The notes under the pieces were generated by a model. It ran no database searches. It was not told the DNA's origin and was given only the letters and a program-made list of their open reading frames with translations. From assembly GCA_030141605.1 (NCBI GenBank), contig JAQGDQ010000242.1, positions 62,001 to 126,000 of the forward strand: a DNA stretch of 64,000 nt, given 5' to 3'. The position numbers and the translations under genes were made by a program. Below are positions 53,301 to 62,889 of this stretch, in pieces (positions within the stretch are counted from its first letter, which is position 1; the number at the start of each line of letters is the position of its first letter). This stretch comes from Tubiluchus corallicola. Taxonomy: Eukaryota > Animalia > Priapulida.

Positions 53301-54998
53301 TCCAACTTACTAGGAGTTCAGGTGGCTCCATCTATTGTTCATACTATCCATTTCCTGTCTCACGCGTCGCGTATCATCCTCGTTATAATCAACGAGTAAG
53401 TCACTTGAGAGCTGATTGAGAGTTTCTACGGTCGGCTGCCACTTGTCAACTTCTTGTTGAAAGGCCTACACAAACATTCAAAGATTTGTCAGAGCCAATT
53501 ACAATAAACAGACAAATGTCATTACGATCTAAGTCAGTGTTACATTTCACTAGTACTTTGCCATGTTCAATACCCAAGGCTTACAAATTTCAGTTAAGGG
53601 ATTTCTTAATAAATCTTGATAAATACAGCGTGCATGATGCTATTAAATGTGCAAAAGTTATTAAAACGATCATTCCAATATTAAATCACAACCGATGTAA
53701 AACGATTCAGAAGCCCAGTAACGTGCTGTTTCAGTCATTGCAATGAACATCTCAAGTTTTGCACTTTTAGCTTGTGGCTCCATCTGTTGCAATTAAACCC
53801 AAGCTTTGCGTATTGCAGAAAAGGATAAGAAGCCAGCCAGGAAGACTATACACTTTACATGTATGATAAAGTAGCGCCCTCACACGATAAAATAATAATT
53901 CATTCGTATGACATCTTCACAGTTCGTAATTTCTTTTTACAAATGACATGGATCTTAATTTTTTAATTCAAACTTTTAGTAATGACCATTTAGGAGAAAG
54001 TATTAAAACCAACTTGTTATAATGCATGGTTATGAGTAAACCAATGCAATGAAAAGATATTTTGACACTACAGTAAAAAATAACTAGTTTGTGTATCTAT
54101 CTGAGCAAAATGATAGACCTAATTAATAACTGTCGGGTCTTATTGATGTTGTCAATGCATTTGTGACAGCTTTAAAAACTTTAAAGAGTTTCACAAAAAC
54201 CTCAACACAGCAAAGGCAGATTCATTGTAGTCTTATTCTTTCTTACAAAAAACAAAAAACAGATATTTCGAAATCCATTGCGGGTTTCATCACGAGTATT
54301 ATATAGGTGTGCCATATTGCCCATATAACACTGATGATGAAACCCACAATGGATTTTGAAATACCTGATTTTTGCTTTTTTGTAAGAAAGAATAAAACTT
54401 TACCATCCAAGAATCCATCCATGATTTTAGCTGCGTTGATATTTTCAATAATGGATGACAAATTGTTTCACAAAAATTTCTGAAAGAATGTTCTAGGTGT
54501 TACAGCTGACCTCTCAGCTCAGTTGGTTTTATACAAAAATATTAAATTAAGTAAGATTACTACTGATCAAACACCATTAATTCACTACTAACTGGGAAGT
54601 ATTGGTCTGTTAGAAAAGTTAATACAAAATGCAGAATAAAGAAAAATGTTCTTGAAAAATAAGCAGTGAAAAATAATAATTTTTTTGTGTTCCACTATGA
54701 AAATAAACATTATATTAAAACTTATTTAATTCTTGTCCTTGGTTGATAAATTATTGATTTTTTTTGTATTGCACAATGTGAAGTACCTTTTGATGTTCCA
54801 ACTGTGTCTCCAAGATGTCAACAGTGTGTCCCACCTCACCGAGGTCTCTCAACCGCTTCTCGGCTCCTTCCAACCAGCGGAGGAATTTTTCTTTGGCATC
54901 CTCATACGATCGGCTGTCAGTAAGCATCGACTGTAACGACTCCCGGCGTTGTCCCATCTTACTGTTGGCATCTTCCCAGTGTTCCCTCAACAACTCAA
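8169..54998 (-). CDS. DMD: Dystrophin (dystrophin/utrophin family), 3' part, 24 exons, about 1158 aa in window
   Basis: Phase-consistent chain of GT-AG exons encoding spectrin repeats, WW, EF-hands, ZZ and coiled coils; several exon sizes match human DMD exons 53-77 as recalled. Confidence 0.95.
9034..9126 (-). CDS. DMD: Dystrophin exon 77-equivalent (93 nt)
   Basis: ttttccag|[30 protein letters not shown]|gtaagc. Confidence 0.8.
9628..9775 (-). CDS. DMD: Dystrophin exon (148 nt), Ser/Thr-rich linker
   Basis: taccag|[28 protein letters not shown]|gtatga; phases fit both neighbours. Confidence 0.75.
10116..10347 (-). CDS. DMD: Dystrophin exon (232 nt), coiled coil 2
   Basis: [53 protein letters not shown]|gtaact. 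Confidence 0.93.
10656..10851. mobile_element. Tc1/mariner-pogo-type MITE, copy 1
   Basis: Degenerate TIRs TACACTCAAACC..GGTTTGACAGT; aligns along its length with 20918-21097. Confidence 0.65.
11201..11292 (-). CDS. DMD: Dystrophin exon (92 nt), coiled coil 1
   Basis: [30 protein letters not shown]|gtgagt. Confidence 0.9.
11675..11741 (-). CDS. DMD: Dystrophin exon (67 nt), syntrophin-binding region
   Basis: ttttgcag|[22 protein letters not shown]|gtaaga. Confidence 0.88.
12400..12653 (-). CDS. DMD: Dystrophin exon 70-72-equivalent (254 nt)
   Basis: [53 protein letters not shown]. Confidence 0.92.
13254..13365 (-). CDS. DMD: Dystrophin exon 69-equivalent (112 nt), ZZ zinc finger
   Basis: [37 protein letters not shown]|gtaagt. 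Confidence 0.92.
13980..14146 (-). CDS. DMD: Dystrophin exon 68-equivalent (167 nt), ZZ start
   Basis: [45 protein letters not shown]|gtgcgc. Confidence 0.92.
14185..14561. mobile_element. hAT-like MITE
   Basis: TIRs TAGGGAAGGATTA / TAATCCAGCCCTG; flanks CGAAAAAT / GCAAAAAT (6 of 8 identical, TSD-like). Confidence 0.55.
14637..14796 (-). CDS. DMD: Dystrophin exon 67-equivalent (160 nt)
   Basis: [53 protein letters not shown]|gtaagt. Confidence 0.92.
15476..15559 (-). CDS. DMD: Dystrophin exon 66-equivalent (84 nt)
   Basis: [27 protein letters not shown]|gtaagt. Confidence 0.9.
15697..15901 (-). CDS. DMD: Dystrophin exon 65-equivalent (205 nt), EF-hand
   Basis: ..[19 protein letters not shown]|gtaagt. 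Confidence 0.92.
16643..16717 (-). CDS. DMD: Dystrophin exon 64-equivalent (75 nt)
   Basis: [24 protein letters not shown]|gtaagt. Confidence 0.92.
17405..17466 (-). CDS. DMD: Dystrophin exon 63-equivalent (62 nt), WW domain end
   Basis: [20 protein letters not shown]|gtaagt. Confidence 0.9.
18379..18439 (-). CDS. DMD: Dystrophin exon 62-equivalent (61 nt), WW domain
   Basis: [19 protein letters not shown]|gtaagt. Confidence 0.9.
18740..18968 (-). CDS. DMD: Dystrophin exon 60+61-equivalent (229 nt)
   Basis: ttacag|[36 protein letters not shown]|gtattt. Confidence 0.88.
19163..19889. mobile_element. Tigger/pogo-like non-autonomous element with an internal AT-rich insert
   Basis: TIRs TAGGTAGTCGTCAACTTACGA / TTGTAAGTCAACGACTACCTA. 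Confidence 0.65.
20261..20395 (-). CDS. DMD: Dystrophin exon 59-like, 3' half (135 nt)
   Basis: tttcag|[35 protein letters not shown]|gtatcg. Confidence 0.87.
20546..20694 (-). CDS. DMD: Dystrophin exon 59-like, 5' half (149 nt)
   Basis: ttttacag|[30 protein letters not shown]|gtaagt. Confidence 0.87.
20918..21097. mobile_element. Tc1/mariner-pogo-type MITE, copy 2
   Basis: TACAGTTAAACC..GAGGTTCGGCTGTA with TA ends; shares ATAATGCCAAACTCG core with copy 1. Confidence 0.7.
21254..21389 (-). CDS. DMD: Dystrophin exon 58-like (136 nt)
   Basis: tcatcaaag|[34 protein letters not shown]|gtatgt; AAG acceptor. Confidence 0.82.
21509..21573. repeat. 27-bp tandem repeat, about 2.4 copies
   Basis: CCACTGACTCACCATGCCAGTG(TG/CA)CA. 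Confidence 0.8.
21964..22105 (-). CDS. DMD: Dystrophin exon 57-like (142 nt)
   Basis: tttttag|[31 protein letters not shown]|gtgagg. Confidence 0.88.
22300..22472 (-). CDS. DMD: Dystrophin exon 56-equivalent (173 nt)
   Basis: ctgcag|[46 protein letters not shown]|gtaagc. Confidence 0.9.
24566..24697 (-). CDS. Candidate Dp116-position alternative first exon ([20 protein letters not shown])
   Basis: 44 open codons, CAG|gtgaga donor, phase 0 matches exon 56-equivalent; CpG-rich. Confidence 0.55.
25720..26760 (-). mobile_element. Decayed non-LTR retrotransposon (CR1/L2-like RT fragment)
   Basis: Minus strand near 26500-26425 reads [18 protein letters not shown] (RT GVPQG motif), later YCSNF*YGAS; stops and frameshifts. 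Confidence 0.65.
27780..27850 (+). mobile_element. SINE fragment with 5S rRNA-like core, copy 1
   Basis: TAAGCAACATCGAGCCTG..GTATGGGTGA, shared with 32297. Confidence 0.5.
29781..29797 (+). promoter_or_regulatory. CTCF-like motif, forward
   Basis: TACCACTAGGGGGCGCC matches the core CCASYAGRKGGCRS. Confidence 0.5.
31894..32101 (+). CDS. TUBA: Nested alpha-tubulin, coding exon 2 (ATG-only first exon not located)
   Basis: ttgttacag|[42 protein letters not shown]|gtaagc. Confidence 0.93.
32293..32345 (+). mobile_element. SINE fragment with 5S rRNA-like core, copy 2 (tubulin intron)
   Basis: AAGCTTAAGCAACATCGAGCCTAGTTAGTGAATGGATGGGTAAC resembles 5S AAGCTAAGCAGGGTCGGGCCTGGTTAGTACTTGGATGGGAGAC. 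Confidence 0.55.
32849..32997 (+). CDS. TUBA: Nested alpha-tubulin, exon 3 (149 nt)
   Basis: [42 protein letters not shown]|gtaagt. Confidence 0.93.
33306..33458 (+). CDS. TUBA: Nested alpha-tubulin, exon 4 (153 nt)
   Basis: [51 protein letters not shown]|gtaggt; GGGTGSG signature. Confidence 0.93.
33557..34378 (+). CDS. TUBA: Nested alpha-tubulin, last exon
   Basis: ctgcag|[33 protein letters not shown]; AATAAA at 34503. Confidence 0.95.
   Translation: MSTAVVEPYNSILTTHTTLEHSDCAFMVDNEAIYDICQRNLNVAHPTYNNLNRLISQIVSSITASLRFDGALNVDLTEFQTNLVPYPRIHFPLATYAPIVPAEKAYHEQLNVSEITNSCFEPSNQMVKCDPRNGKYMACCLLYRGDVVPKDVQAAIATIKTKRTIQFVDWCPTGFKVGINYQPPTVVPSGDLAKVQRAVCMLSNTTAIAEAWARLNHKFDLMYAKRAFVHWYVGEGMEEGEFAEAREDLAALEKDYEEVAEESYDDDEQVDEY
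35447..35464 (-). promoter_or_regulatory. CTCF-like motif, reverse
   Basis: Minus strand reads TGGCCAGCAGATGGCGAC. Confidence 0.5.
39542..40298. repeat. 50-bp minisatellite, about 15 copies
   Basis: GGTACACCAAGCAGCATGGGCCAGCCTCTCATGTTTATAAGATGTAGCAT. Confidence 0.97.
41883..42039. repeat. 70-bp tandem repeat, about 2.2 copies, rich in AGGTCA
   Basis: TGTAAGGTCAAGGTTAAAG..GCTCAGGTCAAGGTGCTTAC. Confidence 0.85.
44135..44324 (-). CDS. DMD: Dystrophin exon 55-equivalent (190 nt)
   Basis: ttttcag|[40 protein letters not shown]|gtaagt. Confidence 0.88.
44330..44570. repeat. 39-bp minisatellite, about 6 copies, abutting the exon 55-equivalent acceptor
   Basis: TATAAAATCATGAGGTTACAGTTTAAATGAATGGAC(A/C)AG. 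Confidence 0.95.
46516..46857. repeat. 36-bp minisatellite, about 9 copies
   Basis: TGTATT(G/C)CTG(C/T)ATTAGAAGTAAAGTATTTACTGGGC. Confidence 0.95.
47488..47612 (-). mobile_element. tRNA-derived SINE fragment
   Basis: Minus strand TAGTCTAATGGTAAC (A-box)..GGTCGTGAGTTCAG (B-box-like), then a non-tRNA body. Confidence 0.5.
47779..47825 (-). CDS. Candidate alternative first coding exon of dystrophin ([15 protein letters not shown]), joins exon 55-equivalent
   Basis: accATG context, AA|gtatgg donor, phase 2 matches next exon; CpG-rich upstream DNA. Confidence 0.4.
49439..50020. repeat. Diverged direct repeat pair of about 90 bp (near 49439-49528 and 49931-50017)
   Basis: Both begin GCCCTA.AATTAT..GTAAATGTTTGTG.CTTT.AAGCCA and end CTTATCA..CAGG.AGAACATTTC.TC. 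Confidence 0.7.
50360..51060. mobile_element. Probable non-autonomous DNA-element remnant
   Basis: Recurrent GCCGCCATTTTG / GCGGCCATCTTG-type motifs typical of invertebrate interspersed repeats; ends not defined. Confidence 0.35.
51874..51897. repeat. (CT)n microsatellite
   Basis: About 12 CT units. Confidence 0.9.
53311..53465 (-). CDS. DMD: Dystrophin exon 54-equivalent (155 nt)
   Basis: tgtgtag|[51 protein letters not shown]|gtaagt. Confidence 0.88.
54787..54998 (-). CDS. DMD: Dystrophin exon, DMD exon 53-equivalent (212 nt)
   Basis: ttttttcag|[35 protein letters not shown]|gtactt; spectrin repeat. Confidence 0.88.
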
Positions 54999-56211
54999 CT
55001 GAAAAAATACCACAGCGTTTAATAAAATGTCAGTTCAACTTCCAAAGTACAAACACCGAGTACAAAACAAGTGGGTTGTGAAAAAATTATTTGAATTTAA
55101 ATTATAAAATATTTTCCTATCAGTTTATGTTTTTTATACAGTTCAGCGTGTTATTATAAGCTGCAATAAAGCATTCAGTGAAAGCCCTATTGATACTGAA
55201 TGGTTGTGGTAAGACTGGAACATAGCTCATTATATAGCATATAGATTATTATCTGAAACTGGCACAGGATGTTTCAGTTTTGTTCAGGAGGATGCAGACT
55301 GCATATGCTCCCTGAATGATACGATGCCTGAGCAGTACAGCAAACGAAACTGCCATGTTTCGGGGTAAGCAATGCTTAATTCTGCAGCCAAGCACACCCG
55401 TATCCACTCAGCTATTCACTCTTCCAAAATTATAAAGCAAGTTCAAGCAACATAAAATTGTCTGTTAGCGTTTTTGCTTTTAATCAGGTATCTAGTGTCA
55501 GTAGTGTATTGTATTACTGTTGCAATACTTGTGTTATCGTTTTCAAATTACAAACAGAAAAATAAATTGTTGTGCACTTAAATGCAAATAAAATTGTGTT
55601 GCAAGCAAGAACCAAATGAACTGAAAAATATGTAAACACTACTGAGGCCTTAGGCTTACTTAATTACTTACATTAATTATGACCCAAAATAAGTATTTGC
55701 AGTGTGATAACGAAATATCATATAACCTCTCTTGTTTGTAACGCCAATTTATCAGAACAGACTTATAGTCACAGTCAAACAGTAGTGGTGATGATGGCAG
55801 AGGCCGTGATGATGATGACAACATCAACAGCACTTATTTCAGTCCAGTTTTATTTCATTCTTAAGTGATTGTATTGCTAGAATCAGACGTTATTGATACC
55901 CTGCTTTTGAGTAAATTCTGTTATCGCTTACGGAAGGAAACACACAATGCTGACAGCGGTAGAAGATTAACTGCCTGTGGAGCCTAATGGAGAACAAGCT
56001 GAGAAAAACAAATCACTATTTAACCGGGAAAGGCGTCAAAAATTTCTGCACAGATTTATTTCATCTCAAAACGAGTCGGAGCTGGTAATCCAACTAAAGT
56101 GTTTCCGCGAGGGGAAATATATGAATGAGCAAGGTTTAAAACTTCAGTTTCTTAGATGCAGACTGGAGTAGCAGAAATCAGCTCTGCAATTTGGAATGAA
56201 ACCCTTAGCAC

Positions 56212-56450
56212 CAGTATTCAAATTTCCAGTGAATTGGCAGGCCTCGCATCAGCACTGAAATTTTTGAATAGGCAAGCCTTACATCAGCAGCACTCAAATT
56301 TCTGAATTGGCAGGCCTCACATCAGCACTCAAATTTCTGAGTTGACAGGCCTCACAACAACATTCAAATTTCTGAATAGATAAGCCTTACACTAGCATCC
56401 AAATTTCTGTATAGGCAAGCCTTTACACCAACACTCAAATTTCTGAACGG
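56212..56450. repeat. Diverged 35-40 bp minisatellite, about 6-7 copies
   Basis: CACTCAAATTTCTGAAT(T/A)GGCA(G/A)GCCT(C/T)ACATCAG. Confidence 0.85.
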
Positions 56451-57651
56451 TCAGGTCACGTACACAAGCATGGGAAAGTTAGACTAGTTAGCAATCCAAC
56501 GAATGTCTCAAGAAATTGGTGGATGGACAAATTACTAAATAAATAAAATCAACTCTAAGCCAGAAAGTATAGCTTATAGAACTGTTTATAGCTTATTTAT
56601 AAAATGCCACACTATGTTTCCCATAATTCTGTGCAGATACAAAAATTGAGGATTCTAGCTATAATAGCTAGGCTGGACAAAAAGCAAACAAACGAAGCCA
56701 AAAAGTTTTTAAGCAACCGGTTTTGTTTGGCCATGCCATATGCCAAATCAATGAGAGTTGTCACACACGAGTGAAAAACCATTAATATAGCGGCACTAGC
56801 GCTAAGCTTCTACCTTAAAAAAAATAGTCGAGAGGAATAATCAGCCTAGCAAAAATTGACCATAAAACTCACAAAAGCCTGTTTCGGGAATTTCAGAAGC
56901 CTTGCAGGAATTTCAGGAATTTTAGAATGAATCCTGCCCCTTTATTGAAAACCTTGACTACTGAAGCAGATTCAAAGAAGTGTCTCAACGCGGCGGCACT
57001 GTGTGACAATATTAATCGGCAAAGATGAAAAGCGCGGGCCGCGACCCCCCGGGGAAGCAGCACTGCTTGAAGCCATAGAAAAAGTTCAAATATGGGGCAC
57101 TACTGACAATCTAGCTGTTGTTCCATTTGAACCACTCCAAGAACCGGATTCACGCGTCGTTGTCGTTCCCGTCGTCGGACACAGCCAAAAATCAGACAAG
57201 TGAGACCACATTGGACGTGCGACCTACCCTTCTAATTTGTTGACCGTTCCGCGGAAAATGGTCCAAACAATGTATGTATATTTAGATTCTATATACAATG
57301 TTCCCTGAAAGCATTGTGGCATTCCAACTCTAATTTAAAAAATTGCCATGTCAATGAATATAGCAAGAAATTAATATTATGACAATGTGCAATATCAAAA
57401 ACAAATTTTGTTGTTCCTGATTTTCCTGTTGCTGCTGGCGTTGTTGATGTTGTTATCTGTTCATGCAAACTTGTGATGATATTGAAGTCTGTAACGTCAT
57501 TATAGAGAAACTGTAGATAATACCAACAATGAATGTATCATAGTGAAGTTAGTGCAAATGTTAAAAACGAATTTTGCTGGCATAAACTTGAGGTTATAAT
57601 GAAGTCTGTAACGTCATAACAGTAAAATCGCAGATAATACCAACAATGAAT

Positions 57652-57735
57652 TTGTTGTTGTTGTTGATGCTGCCGCTGCTGTTGCTGCTGCTGCTGCTGC
57701 GGCCGACATTGTCACCGCTGTCGTTGTCGTAGTCA
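57652..57735. repeat. Compound (GTT)n/(GCT)n trinucleotide tract
   Basis: Direct reading; the reverse-type (CAA/CAG/GAT)n tract occurs at 44738-44843. Confidence 0.8.
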
Positions 57736-59283
57736 AGTTTTTCTTGTTCAAATGATGTTAATAATGATGATGGTGGTTGATAATGAAACTCGTAACGTCG
57801 TCATAATAAAATTACGGCAAATGTAAATAATGAATATGAAGATGACATTTGAAATGAAATTCAATAGTTGATCTTTGCTCCTGTGTATATTTGCTGAAGG
57901 AAAATTAGCTTTTGCAAAGTGCACGAACGAAACAGACGTTTCATTTCGATTCTATAATTTCGCAACAAAATTGATTCTACAAATATGAACGAGGTAACAG
58001 TAAATTATGCTCATGCTTTCGGAAACTATTACAGAAAGTCCCCCTCACTGACATCTCTAGTAAGGCAGATTGTGTCAGGAACTTCAGTTTTAGACAAGAG
58101 TGGATAAGTTAGTCATCAGTCACCTTATGCCTTAAAATGTTGACAATAGATTTTAATTCCACAACATGTTAGCCCTCTTAGTTAAAACAGCTTGTCGACT
58201 CTTAAGGGACTTAGGAATATTTTAATGAATAATGAATAATTTAATGAATTACAATAAAAGTTGAATAATTTTATTACAAAAATAAACGCTGACTGTATGT
58301 GTCTCCCAGCCCACATTAGTATGTAAACTATAAATGCAATTACACATGTAATATTTTCAAAATGTGATGTGGGTTGAATAAAAAAAATGAAATAAAAAAT
58401 AAAGAAATAAACGTTAATGGGGCGAAGAAAATTTTTGGGGAATCATTCAAGTTTTTTGTAAACTCGGATATACAAACGTTTGCAAAATAATTGATAAGAT
58501 ACCTACTGTAACTCATAAAAAGGCAAAAACGAGCTTTACTGTAATGAAATTCGCTTGCATAAATGCACGAAAACTTCTTTTTTAAAGATACGTGTATAAC
58601 TTTGCATTAATGATAGAGCTCGAATTTTTTTTTTAACACTAAAAATGATAAAAGTAAAGGAACTATGGCAAAAAAGGGCTGAGAACCACTAGACAATGGA
58701 CAGAAGGAATTCTGAAGTAAAAAATCTGCCATCAAGATAAAGTAAACACAGCACCTAACCCAGCAAGTACTAGACATGGCTATGCTATGACACTGGCTTC
58801 ATGGCACCACTACCTTTCAAAATATTAAGAACATTTAGATCGATACGTGATCGGATATCGCCGCAGTCCTAGTTCTGCTATTTACGGCACAATTACATTC
58901 AACATTGAACTTGATCCTTTTGTTTGCAAAATGCAAATGGCTACTTGGCTAGTTGTTACTATAGCAACGCTTGAAAACAACTTCTAGGACGGGATTTGGT
59001 GCTGAGAAAATAAATAACAATAACGTTACAAACGCCGTTCACTTTAGCCTTTTTAATTAACAGATCGGGTGTTTGTAGTAATTAGCAAATGAAACCCATA
59101 AAACTTTTATGTGAACAGTAAATTGGACATTAATTGGGTGTTAATCAATATGCAAACAGCCATGTGTACCACACTGACAGTGTATTCATTCATGATAATC
59201 CTATTGATGTATGGTTAATTACAGGTGTGCAGGCAATAACAGGATGCTAAGATACAAGAAAAGCTACGAGTGTGAAGCCTTAC

Positions 59284-59329
59284 CTGCTGATTCAGTCACT
59301 GCTGTCAGCTTCTGAAGCCAATATGCCAT
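59284..59329 (-). CDS. Candidate alternative first coding exon of dystrophin (MAYWLQKLTAVTESA), joins exon 53-equivalent
   Basis: gcaATGG context, CAG|gtaagg donor, phase 1 matches next exon. Confidence 0.5.
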
Positions 59330-60262
59330 TGCCGCTCGCACAAGAACTGCTTCTTAAGACATTTTTATTTTTATTATTTTAGATTCGTCATTCTCCACGT
59401 TTAGATCATTTGTTGTAAAGTAAAAGTCATGCCGTCATTCTCCATTTATGAAGCTGAGAGATGCGTCACTCTTGCAGAAATTTCAGATGGAACAAGCAAA
59501 TCTTTGCACCGTATATAACAACGATAGGAATCACAGGAAATTTCATTCAAGTTTATCCACTTACGAAATCACATACATTCACAGAAAAAACATACAAATA
59601 CTATAAGACAACACAAATATACAATAGAAAAAGCAAAAACTAACGAAGCTTTGTAAATCTAAATAAGAACGCTCGAAGCACTCGTACTTAAATATTGAGA
59701 AAGTTGTCCAACATAATCATGTCGATTCTCGCATCAATATTAGCTCTAGTAAGTGCGACAGCACGTGGAATACAAAACTTTTTCAATCCCACAACGCACT
59801 GGCGCAGTGTCCACAGTTGACATAATCTAACAGATACACAGTCAGCTCGTGTCAATAGTTGACAATCGCAATATACCACAAAGGATCCGAGAATATGCAA
59901 ATATACATACAACAGGTCACAAGGCACTAGTTCTGGGTGCTGAGTAGCGTAAAAATCTTTCTGTCCTTTCTTCTTTGACAGCACAGAACACAATATTGTC
60001 CAACAGTTCAGCAAAAATGTAACATGTAATCCCAAAAGTGAATTGCAATGAGAAACAATTTGATGAGTTATAATCGCATTACGGCAGCAAACGTAAAAAG
60101 ACAGAGAACGACAAATGGACAATTTTCGAGATCGGATTGTTTTTCAAACAAGATCAGATGTTAACAATCAGGGATACCATCATTGACAATAATTGCATTC
60201 CAAAGGTCCGCAGACATTTATACATGCCGGTGAAACCTGCCTTTTCCACACAATTTGGAGGC

Positions 60263-60345
60263 GAGCCGCATGGCTGTGTGGTTACTACGTCGTATTTGGT
60301 GACCGAAGTTAAGGAAGTCGGTTAGTTAAGGATAGGTGAACCAGT
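60263..60345 (+). mobile_element. SINE fragment, tRNA-like A-box plus 5S-like core, copy 3
   Basis: TGGCTGTGTGGT then CGAAGTTAAGG..GGTTAGTTAAGGATAGGTGA. Confidence 0.4.
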
Positions 60346-61389
60346 CTGGTGGTCGCTCTGGGCGGGTTTACTTGCTGACCTTGATTGACTCCCGAGAAAG
60401 AGTGCAGTTCTTTGATAAACAGAACATTTAGAAAAAAAATGATTACATATAGTTACTGGCCTTATTGATAAACAGACTGTCACACCGACCCTCTACTGTT
60501 ACTTCTATGTTTCCTGTTCCTACACGAAATTTTCACGTACTTCTTGAGACATAACTCTTTCTTTACACGTCTACCCCTCAAGCACTAAAGACGGTTATGC
60601 AACTTATTTTACGCGAAATTGTTAAATAACTTTCCAGTTCGGTCAGACGTGTCATTTCACAAAGACTAAACGACAGTGAAGCAGACAAGCAATCAGCGAA
60701 CAGACACTGATGTAAGCCGACAACCTTTTACATGTCACTACATAAATCGACAATAACGAGTAGGCGCTTTGAAAAGAACGAAAATATCTCTGAGATTGAT
60801 CCTCATTAAGTGGACTCGAAGCCGCATTTAGAAAGCATTAGGGGAGGAAATTTGAAATGGGAGAAAACCCGAATTAACATAGCAAACACGTCCAGCGTGA
60901 TTAGCGTCAAAGCACGGAATGCTGCGTGGTCATGGAGACAGATGAAGATGCTGTAGGTACATATAGATGCTTAATGTACATGTGACACAACTAGTATCCT
61001 GGATGAAGAACATAATTATAATGTGCACGTGTCCTAAAACAGCGCATCTGAGATACGCTTATCCAAACAGTTTACCTTTTACTAATATTACTACCTTGTG
61101 CGCTACTAGCAATCATGTAGATCTGTTATAAAGATGTTTTGAACCTGTTTTAACTGCACTTTAAATAAGTTTGTGTATTTGTTATTTATAGGCCTGTCAT
61201 CCTGCATTTGCTGCTAATAAAGTTATATCAATAAACATAACTACTACTACTACTAATACTCCATACGAAATAATGTTTTGCTAAATTTGTGGCAGTTTAA
61301 CGGATCTCTAAATTAACATTTAATTAATAGCAACGGAGTCACGCAAACAAGAAAAGTTGAAGCAGTTAGAAAAGTTATAAAAATTATAA

Positions 61390-61445
61390 TCACGTGGTCA
61401 TAATCGTTGGGCGGAAGTGGGCACGAATTGTCGTGCCTTATATAG
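61390..61445 (+). promoter_or_regulatory. Promoter-like cluster upstream of the arylsulfatase
   Basis: TCACGTG (E-box/CLEAR-like), GGGCGG overlapping CGGAAGT, inverted repeat GGCACGA/TCGTGCC, TATATA; donor CAG|gtagat at 61572. Confidence 0.45.
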
Positions 61446-62644
61446 TACACCGCCCGCTTTTGATGCAAAACGACAATTTCTTATGCAGCATTCAGTGACA
61501 GGATCCACTTAATATAGACAGTTGTGGCAAAATCAGAATCCATTCAATTACCAATGAACATTTTTTGAACAGGTAGATTGGCATTCTAAGATGAAACAGT
61601 AACAAGCAAAGGAGTCTTAGAACTAATTAGTTCGAATCAGGCACACACTGCTCTACTGGACTTCCAAACTGCGTTAATATTAAAGGAAAACAAGATGATT
61701 TATCACGTTACGAGCTATTTTGAAATACAGTAAATATACATTGAACTACAATAATGCCAAAGTGTTTCTGGTAATTAAATAAGAAATTAAAACTTAATTA
61801 ATAGCAGGCGAGCTCAACTAGTGATGACATCACAATTGGTCATAATTTTCGAAAGCCCAAACGTTCCTGGAGCTTGTTACACGTGCTTGTGAAAGAATAA
61901 ATTGAAGTACAATGCTACTACACAACATTTAGTGTGATATAAAAAAACTCTGCAAGCTTAATATTCAAATTTCAAGTTTACCACTGTTCTCACGCAACTC
62001 TCGAAAGTGTGCAGTGTGTCACAATTGAGTACCTTTGAACTGAAACGTACTGCAGTTGTTCTTTTTGTGCAAAGATTTTTCCGATATGCAGATGCACATC
62101 TAACAAGCGAATGGCGAAATGCATGTAATAGCGAATGTAAGACTGCCATTCTGTGGCAATAATTATTTCACAGTTACTTATTGTTGAAAAAAATAGTATG
62201 CTCTCTTTCGATATTTTACAAGGTAGAATATTTACAGCTATAGTTTAAGATTTTGTCCGGTTTTCCTTTAAATGCAAATAAGAAATTTTAAAATTGTTAA
62301 GCGAATTTAAAAGCATTAATTTAACAACATCAAGGAGAAACTGATGTTTAGGCAAATGTGTTACTCTGAGACTCCATTAGATGACCCAGTACTTTATTAT
62401 GGTGCTTCATTTTGGCCATTTACATGTAAAGGTTGCATATACACAAGATGAAGGACTACAATAAAATGATCTACACGCAAATAAAACGAAAGTTAGTATC
62501 GTGACTCTTGTTCTATGTTAGTAAATATACAAGTGTCATGTGACAAATTCCAGGAGCAGGTAAGCAGTTTGTAAATACAGCAAACCATACCAAAGCAAAT
62601 CCAAAGACATACTCAAGTTATACAGCAAACGAAACAACACAGTC

Positions 62645-62889
62645 ATGCCTGCGAAAAAATATTTCTGCCAATTATTCTGCGCTTTTGTCATTTTGCTGCC
62701 CATCCTCTTAGCAGATGCGGCAAACACCACGCCCAATATCATCATAATGCTTGCTGATGATTTGGGATACGGTGACCTCAGCTATTTTGCGCATCCTACC
62801 TCTTCTACACCAAACATTGACAACATGGCTCAGAACGGTTTAGTTCTTACTCAGTTCTACACAGCCAGCTCAAGATGCACTCCATCCAG
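62645..62889 (+). CDS. ARSA: Arylsulfatase A-like sulfatase, coding exon 1
   Basis: Signal peptide, PNIIIMLADDLGYGDL, formylglycine motif CTPSR, CAG|gtgagt. Confidence 0.85.

Noticed and set aside
59688-60122. 144-aa minus-strand ORF
   Set aside because: Non-ATG start, no family motif, no phase-compatible spectrin-like exon.
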